NCBI GenBank assembly: GCA_963762565.1
Contig: CAVXLD010000001.1
Coordinates: 1,280,001-1,344,000, forward strand
Direction: 5' to 3'
DNA: 64,000 nt
From: an uncultured Verrucomicrobiae bacterium
Lineage (GTDB): Bacteria; Verrucomicrobiota; Verrucomicrobiia; Chthoniobacterales; JAFAMB01
Position 1 is the stretch's first letter; the number at the start of each line of letters is the position of its first letter. The translations under genes were made by a program, and so were the position numbers. Shown one piece after another: positions 37,398 through 47,025 of this stretch. The notes beneath the pieces are model-generated. The model was not told where the DNA came from. It did no database searches and was given only the letters and a program-made list of their open reading frames with translations.

Positions 37398-37985
37398 ATG
37401 AAGTTTGTTATGAAGTTTAAACGGTTGTTATTTTCGATATCAGCCGCCTTGATTTTCCTGCTTTCGCCAAGCTCGAGTCTTGCCGGTTGGGGTGGCGGCT
37501 GGCACGGCGGAGGCGGTTGGGGCGGGCATGGCGGTGGTTGGCACGGAGGCTGGCATGGCGGCTGGCATGGCGGCTGGTGGCACGGTGGTTGGTGGCACGG
37601 CGGCCATTTTTATAATTGGGGTTGGTGGCCCGGCTACGGCTGGGGCTGGTGGGGGTGGGGCGGATGGTATCCCTACTGGGCTTGGGGCGAATATCCTTAT
37701 GGCTACTGGAATGGCGGTTACGGAAGCTACGGCGATAGCGGAGGTTATGGCGATAACGGAGGTTACGGAGGCGGCCACGGTGAGCCTCCGGGCGCCCAAA
37801 GTGAAACCTCAGCGATTCAATCCAGGCTTGCTAACCTCGGTTTCTATCATGGCCCGATCGACGGCAAGGTTGGCCCGGGTACAGAAAGCGCGCTCAAAGC
37901 CTTTCAGGCACGACATGGCTTGAGAGCTTCAGGCCAGATTGATGACGAGACATTGAACGCTCTCGGCTTAGCACAAGGGCAATAA
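37398..37985 (+). CDS. Secreted Gly/Trp/His-rich protein with C-terminal peptidoglycan-binding domain
   Basis: Signal peptide, GGWH repeats, IQSRLANLGFYHGPIDGKVGPGTESALKAFQ (PG_binding_1). Confidence 0.85.
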   Translation: MKFVMKFKRLLFSISAALIFLLSPSSSLAGWGGGWHGGGGWGGHGGGWHGGWHGGWHGGWWHGGWWHGGHFYNWGWWPGYGWGWWGWGGWYPYWAWGEYPYGYWNGGYGSYGDSGGYGDNGGYGGGHGEPPGAQSETSAIQSRLANLGFYHGPIDGKVGPGTESALKAFQARHGLRASGQIDDETLNALGLAQGQ

Positions 37986-38212
37986 GTCGCTTGTAAGCAG
38001 GTACCCAGCGTCAGCCTTCTCCAGACTCACGCTAGTGGAAAAGGTCTGGCGCTCAGGGTCGAGCGCCAGGTTTGCCGGGAAGTCATAACAAAGTAATAAC
38101 CCAGAGCCGAACGAATTCGGCCCTGGGCTATGATCTCTTACCCGTCGTGCCGGGCAACTCTAATGACCCAAATCGGTGTTTCGAAAGTTACTGGGCGGAC
38201 GCCCAATCAAAG

Positions 38213-38302
38213 TCAGTGGCGCCGGGGTACGTTCTGATCCCCGCTTAGCGCCAGGAAGAACAAAAAAAGCGAAACCCCGGACAGAAAAATCAAAGCGCTC
38301 AT
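38213..38302 (-). CDS. 29-aa hydrophobic peptide (MSALIFLSGVSLFLFFLALSGDQNVPRRH)
   Basis: Manually read; single TM helix and basic tail; co-directional with the upstream 65-aa ORF. Confidence 0.35.
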   Translation of the reverse strand: MSALIFLSGVSLFLFFLALSGDQNVPRRH

Positions 38303-38371
38303 TTGTTGGGAGTCGCTTAATCTCTGCGACTCGCTCCTTTCATTGTTATTTCCCCAACTCAAGCTCATTCG

Positions 38372-38569
38372 TTACTCGACGATCAGGGAGACAACGTTCT
38401 GGGTGGCCGGCAGAGTAAAAGTGAACCGCCGATGCTCGGCCGGAAGACCACCTGACAGGCTCTCGAGCCGGTCCGACAATCCGGCCGCCTCTAGTAACGT
38501 GACAATTTTGTCTAGACGACCTTGGTCGTGACTCGTTTGGTCTGCGATGTTGAAGTGGCTGCAGTCCAT
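38372..38569 (-). CDS. Hypothetical protein, 65 aa
   Basis: AAAGGA SD and TetR-type operator upstream. Confidence 0.5.
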   Translation of the reverse strand: MDCSHFNIADQTSHDQGRLDKIVTLLEAAGLSDRLESLSGGLPAEHRRFTFTLPATQNVVSLIVE

Positions 38570-38593
38570 GATGTTAATCCGATCCTTTCTATA

Positions 38594-38613
38594 TTGACTA
38601 GTTAGTCTAGTGC
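38594..38613. promoter_or_regulatory. TetR (NemR-like) operator, copy 2
   Basis: TTGACTAGTTAGTCTAGTGC; 18/20 match to 39262-39281. Confidence 0.7.
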
Positions 38614-38633
38614 GCGTTCAAAAAAAGAGAGCC

Positions 38634-39248
38634 TTAAGCCGGTACTGATTCCTCTAGGTGAATCCCAAGGACCCGAGCAACACCTGGTTTAAGCCGCTTA
38701 AGTGTTTCCGGATCATTTCGGATCTTCGCCTGGGTTAAAACGCCGACAACAAAGCAATAAGCCTCCTTCGCGAGTTGGGCGGGATCCTCCGTCCTGATAG
38801 AACCCTCTGCCACTGCGTCCCGTATCGCCCCGGTCAGATAGCGAATCACTTGATCCGCGACTTCTTCCGTTTTTTTGCGAATCCCTTCATCCTGAGTACT
38901 GAGTTCGCATCCGACCGAGACGAAAGGGCAACCCAACACCCTGCCGAAGCTCTGATACTTCTCCATTTGATCGTTTACGAGCTGGTCACAATAATTCCCA
39001 AGTCTCACGAGAGGAGGCTCTTGCGACGAGAAAATTCTATCCATAGTGGGCCGCTTATTTTTTGCGTGCTCCTCATAAGCGGCGACCGTCAGATCCGACT
39101 TCGTCTTGAAGGCGTAATAGAAGCTCCCCTTATTAACGCCGGCCCGCTCACAAATGTCGTCGACACTGACTGACCCGTAGCTGTTCTCCCAGATCAGCTG
39201 GATGGCGGTGCGTAGGAGCTTCTGCCTGGTGTCACCTTCTCGTCTCAC
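38634..39248 (-). CDS. TetR/AcrR family regulator (NemR-like)
   Basis: SVDDICERAGVNKGSFYYAFKTK HTH; GCPFVSVGCELST. Confidence 0.92.
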   Translation of the reverse strand: MRREGDTRQKLLRTAIQLIWENSYGSVSVDDICERAGVNKGSFYYAFKTKSDLTVAAYEEHAKNKRPTMDRIFSSQEPPLVRLGNYCDQLVNDQMEKYQSFGRVLGCPFVSVGCELSTQDEGIRKKTEEVADQVIRYLTGAIRDAVAEGSIRTEDPAQLAKEAYCFVVGVLTQAKIRNDPETLKRLKPGVARVLGIHLEESVPA

Positions 39249-39261
39249 GCGACCAGCTTAG

Positions 39262-39281
39262 TTGACTGGTTAGTATAGTGC
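39262..39281. promoter_or_regulatory. TetR operator, copy 1 (autoregulatory)
   Basis: TTGACTGGTTAGTATAGTGC, 13 bp upstream of tetR, overlapping minus-strand TATACT. Confidence 0.7.
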
Positions 39282-39640
39282 AAGGGTTTTTTTTCGGAAA
39301 AACGTGCCTATGAGGAGCATACACGCCGTTACCCGGGACCTCACAGAACCCCTGGTTTCGTTCTCGTCGTCGTCCTCGTCCTCGAGGGGCGATGGGCGCG
39401 CGACCGCGAGCGGTAAATCATCGCGCCTACTCCAAACCCGGATAGGACTTATGGGACCTATACGACTTATGGGACCGATTGGACCCCAAACGATCGAGGA
39501 CGAGGACGACGACGAGGACGAGAACGAAGTGTCAGGGACGCCGGGTTCGCCGATCCGAACCCATTCCTTTTTAAGGTATCTCAACATTCATTGACCTACC
39601 CATTGCTCCTTCCCGGACCCTCGCTAAACTCTATCCACTC

Positions 39641-40624
39641 ATGAAATACCGCAGACTCGGTAAGACTGGTTTTGAGGTTTCAGAGGTCAGCCTTGGGACT
39701 TGGCAAATCGGTGCTTCCTGGGGGTCGATCTCCGAAAAAGACTCAATTGAGCTCCTACATGCCGCTATCGACAACGGCATCAACTTCTTCGATACCGCGG
39801 ACGTGTACGGAGATGGGCGTAGCGAACGGCTGATCGCTCAAGTCTTGCGCGATCGGAAGGAGAAAGTTTACGTGGCGACAAAAGCCGGCCGGCGCCTTCA
39901 ACCGCACGTGGCAGAGGGATACAATGAAACAAATCTGAGCGCGTTCGTTGAGCGGAGCCTCGCTAATTTGCAACGCGAGACGCTCGATCTTGTTCAGCTT
40001 CATTGCCCACCAACGGACGTCTATTATCGACCCGAGGTCTTTGAGGCACTCGATAAACTAAAGCGGGCAGGGAAGATTCTGCACTACGGGGTCAGCGTGG
40101 AAAAGATCGAAGAAGCGATCAAAGCAACGGAGTTTCCCGGAGTGGCGACCATCCAGATCATCTTCAACATCTTCAGGCAACGGCCGAAGGAAGTATTCTT
40201 CCCGCTCGCCCAGAAGCGCGATGTCGGCATTCTGGTCCGGCTACCATTAGCGAGCGGGCTGCTAGGGGGTAAGATCACGAAGCAGACTCAGTTCGCGGCG
40301 GATGATCACCGCAGTTACAACCGAAACGGTGAACAGTTTGATCGAGGAGAGACATTTTCGGGCGTCGATCTCGATATTGCCTTGGACGCGGTGGAAAAGG
40401 TGCGCGAGCTGGTTCCACCCGAGGTGGGCATGCCAAAGTTCGCTTTACGCTGGATTCTTGATCACGAGGAGGTGAGCTGTGTCATCCCGGGCGCCCGAAA
40501 TGGTACGCAGGTGATTGAGAACATAAAAGCGGCTGAAGTACCGCCACTTGGCTCCAGCCAGAGTGTCGCCCTGGCGAACATTTATCTGAACCAGATCCGT
40601 CCATTGGTTCATCAGCGTTGGTAG
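39641..40624 (+). CDS. Aldo/keto reductase
   Basis: FFDTADVYGDGRSE, ATK, QLHCPP, PLASGLL. Confidence 0.93.
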   Translation: MKYRRLGKTGFEVSEVSLGTWQIGASWGSISEKDSIELLHAAIDNGINFFDTADVYGDGRSERLIAQVLRDRKEKVYVATKAGRRLQPHVAEGYNETNLSAFVERSLANLQRETLDLVQLHCPPTDVYYRPEVFEALDKLKRAGKILHYGVSVEKIEEAIKATEFPGVATIQIIFNIFRQRPKEVFFPLAQKRDVGILVRLPLASGLLGGKITKQTQFAADDHRSYNRNGEQFDRGETFSGVDLDIALDAVEKVRELVPPEVGMPKFALRWILDHEEVSCVIPGARNGTQVIENIKAAEVPPLGSSQSVALANIYLNQIRPLVHQRW

Positions 40625-40647
40625 AAAAGGCGCGCTACCGTTCAACC

Positions 40648-40770
40648 GGGAGGGCGCGCGTCCTCGCGCGCCGTCAGGGCGTCACCGAAGCCGGGGGCGC
40701 CGAAATGACAGCGGGTTTAGCAACGCTAGTCGCTTCGGCCGCCGCGGATCGCGAGGACGCGATCCCTCCC
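40648..40770. repeat. Family-3 REP doublet, both REPs uninterrupted; right REP lies inside the ECF gene 3' end
   Basis: GGGAGGGCGCGCGTCCTCGCGCGCCG ... CGGATCGCGAGGACGCGATCCCTCCC. Confidence 0.85.
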
Positions 40771-42072
40771 TTCGCAGTCCTGTAATCTTTTCTCCAGGAA
40801 TACCTTTTCGGACTTGAGATCGGTGAGTTTGATCGCCTGGCGAAAATGTTCGGCCGCTACTTCGAATTGGTTTAGGCGAAATTCGAATTCTCCGAGCACC
40901 GCATAAAGCAGATAATAGGAATCCAGTTGTCCGCTCTTTCGGATGGCTTCGATTGCCGCAATGCCTGCCTTGGGCCCGTTGACGTTGGCAACGGCAACAG
41001 CTCGGTTGAGTGCGATCACTGGCGAGTCATTAATCGTCACCCAATGATCATATAAGGTTAAAATCTTCCACCAGTCAGTCGACTTATAATCGGCGGCCGT
41101 GTCGTGGCAGGCTGCGATCCCTGCCTGGATATGATACTCGGTGATTTCGTCGCCGGCAGCGGCCAATCCTAATTGCAGGATTCCGTGCTCTATCATGTTC
41201 CGATTCCAGAGCGACCGATCCTGCTCTTTAAGACGCAGAATATTTCCCTCCGAATCTACCCGGGCACGGAGCCGAGCTCCATCCAGCAGCATTAGAGCAA
41301 TCAGCGCGTGAATTCGAGGTTGATTCGTCAGTGGATGTTCCGCGAGCAACGTCGCGAGACCAATTGCTTCAGAACAAAGATCCTCTCTAACCAGATTCTC
41401 ACCGCTCGATGCCTTGTACCCTTCATTAAAGAGCAGATACAAGGTCTGTAGGACACCGTCCAACCGACCAGACAGGTCTGAACCGGATGGAATCTCAAAC
41501 GCAATATGCAAATCGCGGATTCGCTGTCTGGCTCGAGTCAATCTTTTGGCGATCGCGGCCTCGGTGGTGAGAAAGGCGATCGCGATTTCGGTAGTACTGA
41601 ATCCGCAAAGAGTTTTAAGAGCTAATGCGGTTTGCGCTTCGGGTGGAAGCTCGGGATGGCAACAGGCAAACATCAACCGCAGACGTCCGTCTCTGATTTC
41701 AGTGTCGAAAATCGGAGAGTCGTCCCCAGCAGGATCCGAAGACCATTGATCGATGAAGGTAATAATCTCGGTTTGTTTATCCCGAAACGTCTTCTCCCGA
41801 CGAATCAAGTCCAAAGCCAGATGCTTTGCGGTCTGAGTGAGCCAGGCCGCTGGGTTGTCCGGGATTCCGTAGTAAGGCCACGTCTGCATGGCACGGACCA
41901 GCGCCTCCTGAACTACGTCCTCCGCTAGCTGCAACCGTTCGATCCCGAAGATACCGGTGAGAACCGAAACTAACTTTCCGGACTCGTGGCGAAAAAAATG
42001 TTCTGCCAACCGGGAAATCTCGCCGGTTGGAGTTTGCGGTTCATTGTTCGCCGTTCCTTGTTCACGGTTCAC
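40726..42072 (-). CDS. ECF42-type RNA polymerase sigma factor (DUF6596/TPR extension)
   Basis: AEDVVQEA, LRLMFACCHP, YLLFNEGY, QAGIAACH, LNRAVAV; downstream of YCII genes; start uncertain. Confidence 0.9.
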   Translation of the reverse strand: MNREQGTANNEPQTPTGEISRLAEHFFRHESGKLVSVLTGIFGIERLQLAEDVVQEALVRAMQTWPYYGIPDNPAAWLTQTAKHLALDLIRREKTFRDKQTEIITFIDQWSSDPAGDDSPIFDTEIRDGRLRLMFACCHPELPPEAQTALALKTLCGFSTTEIAIAFLTTEAAIAKRLTRARQRIRDLHIAFEIPSGSDLSGRLDGVLQTLYLLFNEGYKASSGENLVREDLCSEAIGLATLLAEHPLTNQPRIHALIALMLLDGARLRARVDSEGNILRLKEQDRSLWNRNMIEHGILQLGLAAAGDEITEYHIQAGIAACHDTAADYKSTDWWKILTLYDHWVTINDSPVIALNRAVAVANVNGPKAGIAAIEAIRKSGQLDSYYLLYAVLGEFEFRLNQFEVAAEHFRQAIKLTDLKSEKVFLEKRLQDCEGRDRVLAIRGGRSD

Positions 42073-42189
42073 TGTTGTCGTCCTTCTGTTTTAGCCCGCG
42101 TTTGGGTTCTATGCCTCGTCGCTGTCGTCCATAAGCGGCATACGCGAGAACCGCGAACGATGAACCGTGAACCGTGAACGGCGAACATT

Positions 42190-42567
42190 TCAAATCGGTC
42201 CGCGGCCCATATCTTCACTGATCGGTCTTATCTCGACGCTCATTCCGCAATCTAACCCTGGGCACTCCTTCGCGATTTCCGTCGCTTCGTCCAGGTCGAC
42301 CACGCGTAGGAGGATATATCCTGCGACTGCTTCTTTGGATTCCGTGAACGGTCCGTCCACTACCATTAGTCCCTGTTTTCCGGCAACGATCTTGCCGTCA
42401 TTAACTAGCGGTTGGCCGAGCTTCGCCTTTCCGTCAGCGGTCAATCGATCGAACCAGACGGTCCACCGGCTCAGGGTTTGCTGAATTTCCTCTGATGAAA
42501 GGCCTCTGTCCCAATCGGTTCCCCGGAACAACAATATAAACGGAGAAGTGGCGGTGTCAGTGCTCAT
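42190..42567 (-). CDS. YCII/DGPF-domain protein
   Basis: VVDGPFTESKEAVAGY, CP, VEIRP. Confidence 0.9.
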   Translation of the reverse strand: MSTDTATSPFILLFRGTDWDRGLSSEEIQQTLSRWTVWFDRLTADGKAKLGQPLVNDGKIVAGKQGLMVVDGPFTESKEAVAGYILLRVVDLDEATEIAKECPGLDCGMSVEIRPISEDMGRGPI

Positions 42568-42593
42568 GGCAAGTTCTGCGCCTACTAGCAGGT

Positions 42594-42989
42594 CTAGTTA
42601 GTTGCAGCCGCTAAGCCAATCCGGTCCATCGCTGAACACTGCTCGATGACCGGGCGCACCTCCACAACCAGACCATACTTGAGGGCCGGACATTCCTTGG
42701 CGATCTCCACGGCTTCCTCCTCACTCGCTAGCAGCAGGAAGTAGCCACCGATTGCTTCTTTTGATTCCGCGAATGGACCGTCAACCACTGCCCCCTGTTT
42801 CCAGGTGATAATCTTGCCTTGATTAGCCAGCGGTTGAGCTGATCTGATTTTGCCTTCTTGAGTCAACCGGTTGAGCCAACTCGTCCATCGAGTCATGACC
42901 TGTTGGACCTCCTCCGGCGATAGACCGCGATCCCATCGGGTCCCTTTGAATAAGAGCATGTATTCAGAGCTAGTAGTGGACGTGTTCAT
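42594..42989 (-). CDS. YCII/DGPF-domain protein
   Basis: VVDGPFAESKEAIGGY, CP, VEVRP. Confidence 0.9.
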   Translation of the reverse strand: MNTSTTSSEYMLLFKGTRWDRGLSPEEVQQVMTRWTSWLNRLTQEGKIRSAQPLANQGKIITWKQGAVVDGPFAESKEAIGGYFLLLASEEEAVEIAKECPALKYGLVVEVRPVIEQCSAMDRIGLAAATN

Positions 42990-43138
42990 ATTTGATTTGG
43001 TTCAGTTTGTCGCACGTCGTCCAGGAGTTCCAGTGCAACCTCCAACTCGCGGCGTTTTCTGGCTTCGCGACGGACCACAACTGCGAAAAACTGGGCCCAA
43101 AACTCGCGTTGTTCGTCTGGGGAAAGGTCTTCGTTCAT
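42986..43138 (-). CDS. 50-aa hypothetical protein (MNEDLSPDEQREFW...)
   Basis: ATGA overlaps with both neighbours (translational coupling). Confidence 0.65.
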   Translation of the reverse strand: MNEDLSPDEQREFWAQFFAVVVRREARKRRELEVALELLDDVRQTEPNQI

Positions 43139-43521
43139 GGGTGCCTCTTCAGCGCAATTCGGGTAACAACGTAAACGACGGATTTCGTCCCTAAATAAAA
43201 GAGAGAAACGACGCACAAAACGATGATTGCCAATCGCAGTTGGGCGAATCTCGAGAGTGAAAACCCTACGCTTGTTCCAATCACCGCGTAGCCGGCTACA
43301 CAAGCCGGACACTTCGGTATCAGAGCCAGAATCGCGGTGGGAACGATCCACCCGACGAAGTTGAGAAAACGGTTCACGAAGTGAGATCGTTCCGCACTCG
43401 GCATGGACCCATTGCCCGTTGGCGAATCATCTTCGGCGTCAGGTTCCGACTCCAGAAAACCGGAATCGCTATCCCGTCCGGGTTCTACGTCCGGACGAAT
43501 TCCGCAGTTACAAGGTCTCAT
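43135..43521 (-). CDS. Small membrane protein with PKCPAC motif
   Basis: N-terminal CNC, ALIPKCPACVAGY, hydrophobic segments; start overlaps the DUF899 3' end. Confidence 0.7.
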   Translation of the reverse strand: MRPCNCGIRPDVEPGRDSDSGFLESEPDAEDDSPTGNGSMPSAERSHFVNRFLNFVGWIVPTAILALIPKCPACVAGYAVIGTSVGFSLSRFAQLRLAIIVLCVVSLFYLGTKSVVYVVTRIALKRHP

Positions 43522-44293
43522 GGCCGTTTGTTCCCGCTCCTTGATCCTCATACCGGTCATGATGCCGGACCCAATCCATCAGATTGTGTGCCGGTCCATT
43601 CTCGTTGCGACCCTTTGGCAAGTGATCGAGATAGCCGTACACGCCTCCCACTAACTCACTGCCGCGGGCGTAGGCGGAATAGGTGTGGAAGATCTTACCG
43701 GCCGGGTTTCGATAAAACATACTGGTGCCCGGCAACTCATCTATGGCGAAGTCCTGGGTTTTGTAATTGTAATAGGCCTTGCCTCGGGCGATTTCGTCCT
43801 GGGTGAAGGACACATGATAATCGAAGTTAAAATCACTTCCGTACGACGAAACCCACTTGAAGGCCCATCCCATCCGTTTCTTAAATGCCTCGATCTTAGT
43901 TAACGGTGCACGAGAAACGACGACGAATGCGACATCGTGATGCTCCAGATGTACTACGATCCCATCGTAGTGATCGGCTCCGAAGGAACAACCCACACAG
44001 CCTTGTTCCCAGTCGGGACCCAGCATGAAGTGAACCACGATTAGTTGGCTCTTATCGCAGAACAAATCTGCCAGCGTCTGTTTCCCCGTGACTGTGTCGA
44101 AAAGGTAAGCCTTTTCGACCTTAACCCATGGCAGAGCGCGGCACTCTGCAAAAAGCCGGTCTTTTCGTCGAGTGAGGTCTTTTTCCTTTTCCAGCAAGGT
44201 CTTACGAGCTTCTAGCCACTGCTCTCGGGAAACCACGGGGTGAATGGAGAGATCTTCCGCCGATTCGAGTATCTGTGCTTCTATCGTCGTCAT
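43508..44293 (-). CDS. DUF899 thioredoxin-like protein
   Basis: VVSREQWLEARK, GCVGCS, FHTYSAYARG, WVRHHD. Confidence 0.9.
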   Translation of the reverse strand: MTTIEAQILESAEDLSIHPVVSREQWLEARKTLLEKEKDLTRRKDRLFAECRALPWVKVEKAYLFDTVTGKQTLADLFCDKSQLIVVHFMLGPDWEQGCVGCSFGADHYDGIVVHLEHHDVAFVVVSRAPLTKIEAFKKRMGWAFKWVSSYGSDFNFDYHVSFTQDEIARGKAYYNYKTQDFAIDELPGTSMFYRNPAGKIFHTYSAYARGSELVGGVYGYLDHLPKGRNENGPAHNLMDWVRHHDRYEDQGAGTNGHETL

Positions 44294-44353
44294 ATCGTTG
44301 TTCTTTGATTCCTGGCGTTTGTTGAATGGTTTCGTTTTGGATTTCAAAGAAAC

Positions 44354-44380
44354 GACGAATCAGAACTGTCGTTTTGGACA
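44354..44380 (-). promoter_or_regulatory. ECF42-type promoter of the DUF899-YCII-ECF operon
   Basis: Minus strand TGTCCA-N17-CGTC, close to the reported ECF42 consensus TGTCGA/CGWC. Confidence 0.65.
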
Positions 44381-44439
44381 GGCTGGTCGATTTTTTTGGG
44401 CTGAATCTGGACGATTCCGGCGGTCATCCGCCGAAGGCC

Positions 44440-44650
44440 TGGAGGGGAGCCGCTTCGCAACGCGGCAGTTCTACCGAATGGCAGCAGGCGGCTCCCGAGC
44501 ACGGCCTCAGAGCTAGGCAGTTCTATAGCGGCTTTGCAAGTCGGTGCCTATTCCAGGCGCGTCATCCTGCATGGCAAACGCTGGGTAGTTCCCGGGAGCC
44601 GCCTGTTGCCATCCGATAGAGCTACCACCCTACAAAGCGGCTCCCCTCCA
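44440..44650. repeat. Family-2 REPIN-like palindrome (211 bp)
   Basis: TGGAGGGGAGCCGCTT / AAGCGGCTCCCCTCCA. Confidence 0.88.
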
Positions 44651-44762
44651 GGCGCTGGGCGTGCGACACCGCAGTGTTATCAGGAGGACGGGAACGATTC
44701 ACCTGGAGCGCTGTTTTGCTCGTTCCCGGCATTGTCGGCGTTCCCGGCGCTGTCGGCGTTGT

Positions 44763-45371
44763 TCAACCCGCCTGAGCCCGCAAAATCTGGATCAGAAGCC
44801 GTAAACGTTCGGCGACATCCTGTGATTCCAGGAGTTTTTGTCGTGGCGCCGACTCATTAACAAAAGCAGCTCCTACCACGTCAGCCAGGACTTCCGGGTT
44901 ATCGATCTGATGCATCTGCTCCAGCAGATTCGCCGGCAACGGCAGCCCAAGTTGTTGAATCCGCACACAGAGTTCCTTGACTTTCTCGCTTAAAGCATCT
45001 GTTTCAACCGCGTTCCCGATTCGAGATTCGATTAGTTCGATCTCAGCGATCCGAAAGGGTTCCTCTTGGGTCCAATCCAGGATTTTAACCCGGGCCAAGC
45101 CTTGTAGAACCAGATTGGAAGTACCGTTCTCATTACCAACGCAAGCGCGGATTAACCCTACCCCGGCAACTGAACGCAAGTCTTCAACTCCTTTAGGTTC
45201 ACGTATACCTGCTTTTGCTGACGCAACAGAGAACATTCGCTCTCCAGTCAGGCAATGGCTTAACATCTGTCGATATCGGTTCTCAAAAATATGGAGCGGA
45301 AGCAGCGAATGCGGGAATAGCACCACATTCGGGAGCACCATTATAGGAACTTCGCGTGGGATACGAATCAC
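44763..45371 (-). CDS. Lon protease substrate-binding (N-terminal) domain protein
   Basis: VLFPHSLLPLHIFENRYRQM. Confidence 0.88.
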   Translation of the reverse strand: MIRIPREVPIMVLPNVVLFPHSLLPLHIFENRYRQMLSHCLTGERMFSVASAKAGIREPKGVEDLRSVAGVGLIRACVGNENGTSNLVLQGLARVKILDWTQEEPFRIAEIELIESRIGNAVETDALSEKVKELCVRIQQLGLPLPANLLEQMHQIDNPEVLADVVGAAFVNESAPRQKLLESQDVAERLRLLIQILRAQAG

Positions 45372-45375
45372 GAGA

Positions 45376-46593
45376 TCAAGTCAGGCGAGGTAACCGTCGA
45401 GTGAGTTGATCAACATCCTTGTCTCCCCGGCCCGACAGATTGACCACTACGATTTGGTTTTCAGGCATTTCGTGAGCGTGCTTCACGACGTAAGCCAGCG
45501 CATGCGTCGATTCTAGAGCAGGCAAGATGCCTTCGGTCTTGGCCACGAGTTGGAACGCCTCTAGCACCTCATCGTCCGAGGCAAAATCGTAATGGACGCG
45601 GCCGATATCGTGTAGATAACTGTGCTCGGGCCCTACCGCAGCATAGTCAAGACCCGCCGAAATTGAATGGGTCAGCTGGATCTGGCCATCTTCATCGGAG
45701 AGCAAGTAGGTCTTAGTGCCTTGTAGCACGCCTAACCGCCCACCCTGAAACCGAGCTGCATGTTGCCCGGGTAAAATTCCCGTTCCGCCTGCCTCTACAC
45801 CGACCATAGCGACGTTTTCATCCTTCAGAAATGCATAGAACAAACCGATCGCGTTACTGCCTCCACCAACACAGGCCACCAGTAGGTCCGGAAGCTTTTC
45901 TTCAACTGCAAGAATTTGCCGGCGCGTTTCGTCCCCGATCACTCGATGGAAATCCCGTACCATCATCGGATAGGGATGTGGTCCGTAAACAGTGCCTAAG
46001 AGATAGTGGGTTGTGCGCACATTTGTCACCCAATCGCGCATCGCTTCGTTGATCGCCTCTTTTAAAGTGGCCTGTCCGACCGTAACCGGAACGACTTTGG
46101 CTCCCAGAAATTCCATCCGCGCCACATTCAACGCCTGGCGTTTCATGTCGGTCTCCCCCATGTAAACGACGCATTCCAGGCCGAATCGGGCAGCAACGGT
46201 GGCGGTGGCTACCCCATGTTGGCCGGCGCCGGTTTCGGCGATAAGTCTTTTTTTGCCCATTCTCACCGCCAATAGGGCTTGCCCAACAGCGTTATTGATT
46301 TTGTGCGCTCCGGTATGAAGCAAATCTTCGCGCTTAAAATAGATACGTGGCCCACCCAGCTTTTGGGTCAATCGCTCTGCGAAATAAAGTGGAGTAGGCC
46401 GGCCACAGAAAGTGCGTAGCAGCTCTTCCAATTGCCACCGAAATTGTGGATCTTTCTTTGCCCGCGCATATTCTTCTCGAAGTTGTTCAATCGCAGGCAT
46501 CAAGGTTTCTGGCACAAAAACGCCGCCGAAAACTCCGAAGCGTCCCCGCTCATCCGGCAGTTGGCTGAAATTAATCTGTACGTTCGGTTGCAT
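45376..46593 (-). CDS. trpB: Tryptophan synthase beta subunit
   Basis: [31 protein letters not shown]. Confidence 0.97.
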   Translation of the reverse strand: MQPNVQINFSQLPDERGRFGVFGGVFVPETLMPAIEQLREEYARAKKDPQFRWQLEELLRTFCGRPTPLYFAERLTQKLGGPRIYFKREDLLHTGAHKINNAVGQALLAVRMGKKRLIAETGAGQHGVATATVAARFGLECVVYMGETDMKRQALNVARMEFLGAKVVPVTVGQATLKEAINEAMRDWVTNVRTTHYLLGTVYGPHPYPMMVRDFHRVIGDETRRQILAVEEKLPDLLVACVGGGSNAIGLFYAFLKDENVAMVGVEAGGTGILPGQHAARFQGGRLGVLQGTKTYLLSDEDGQIQLTHSISAGLDYAAVGPEHSYLHDIGRVHYDFASDDEVLEAFQLVAKTEGILPALESTHALAYVVKHAHEMPENQIVVVNLSGRGDKDVDQLTRRLPRLT

Positions 46594-46665
46594 GTCGCGG
46601 AATGCAGCGACGCACGCTTAAGGGCGGGAATCAAGTGCGAAAGGGTGGAGGGCGGTGGGGCGAGA

Positions 46666-47025
46666 CGGCGAAAGGGCGAAGGGGCGAAGGGGCGACCGAG
46701 GCCCAGCCTTGGTGGGGCGAGGCTCCGGAACAGACGCAAAGATTGCCGAAGGCGCCTCACGTTGCCCGCATTGCCACGGATTAGGGCCTAAGCGCTGCCG
46801 AGCCGATCCCACGTTGGGCCACCCCTAAGAAACCAAGCGACCAACTCGAACCCTATTCCGGCTGCTTACCGCTGGGTCGGCTCGGCAGCGAGTCGATCTT
46901 GCTCCCGATGTCGTCCATTCCCACCAGATGCTTCGCGAATACAATCGGCCGTTCCGGAGCCTCGCCCTACCAGCGCTGGGCTTGGGTCGCCCCTTCGCCC
47001 TTTCGCCCATTCGCCGTTTCGCCTT
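46666..47025. repeat. Family-1 palindrome (46711-46971) with inverted GGCGAANG octamer arms
   Basis: Terminal and inner stems as in the 1281 copy; the right arm encodes the MutY tail and stop. Confidence 0.85.
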
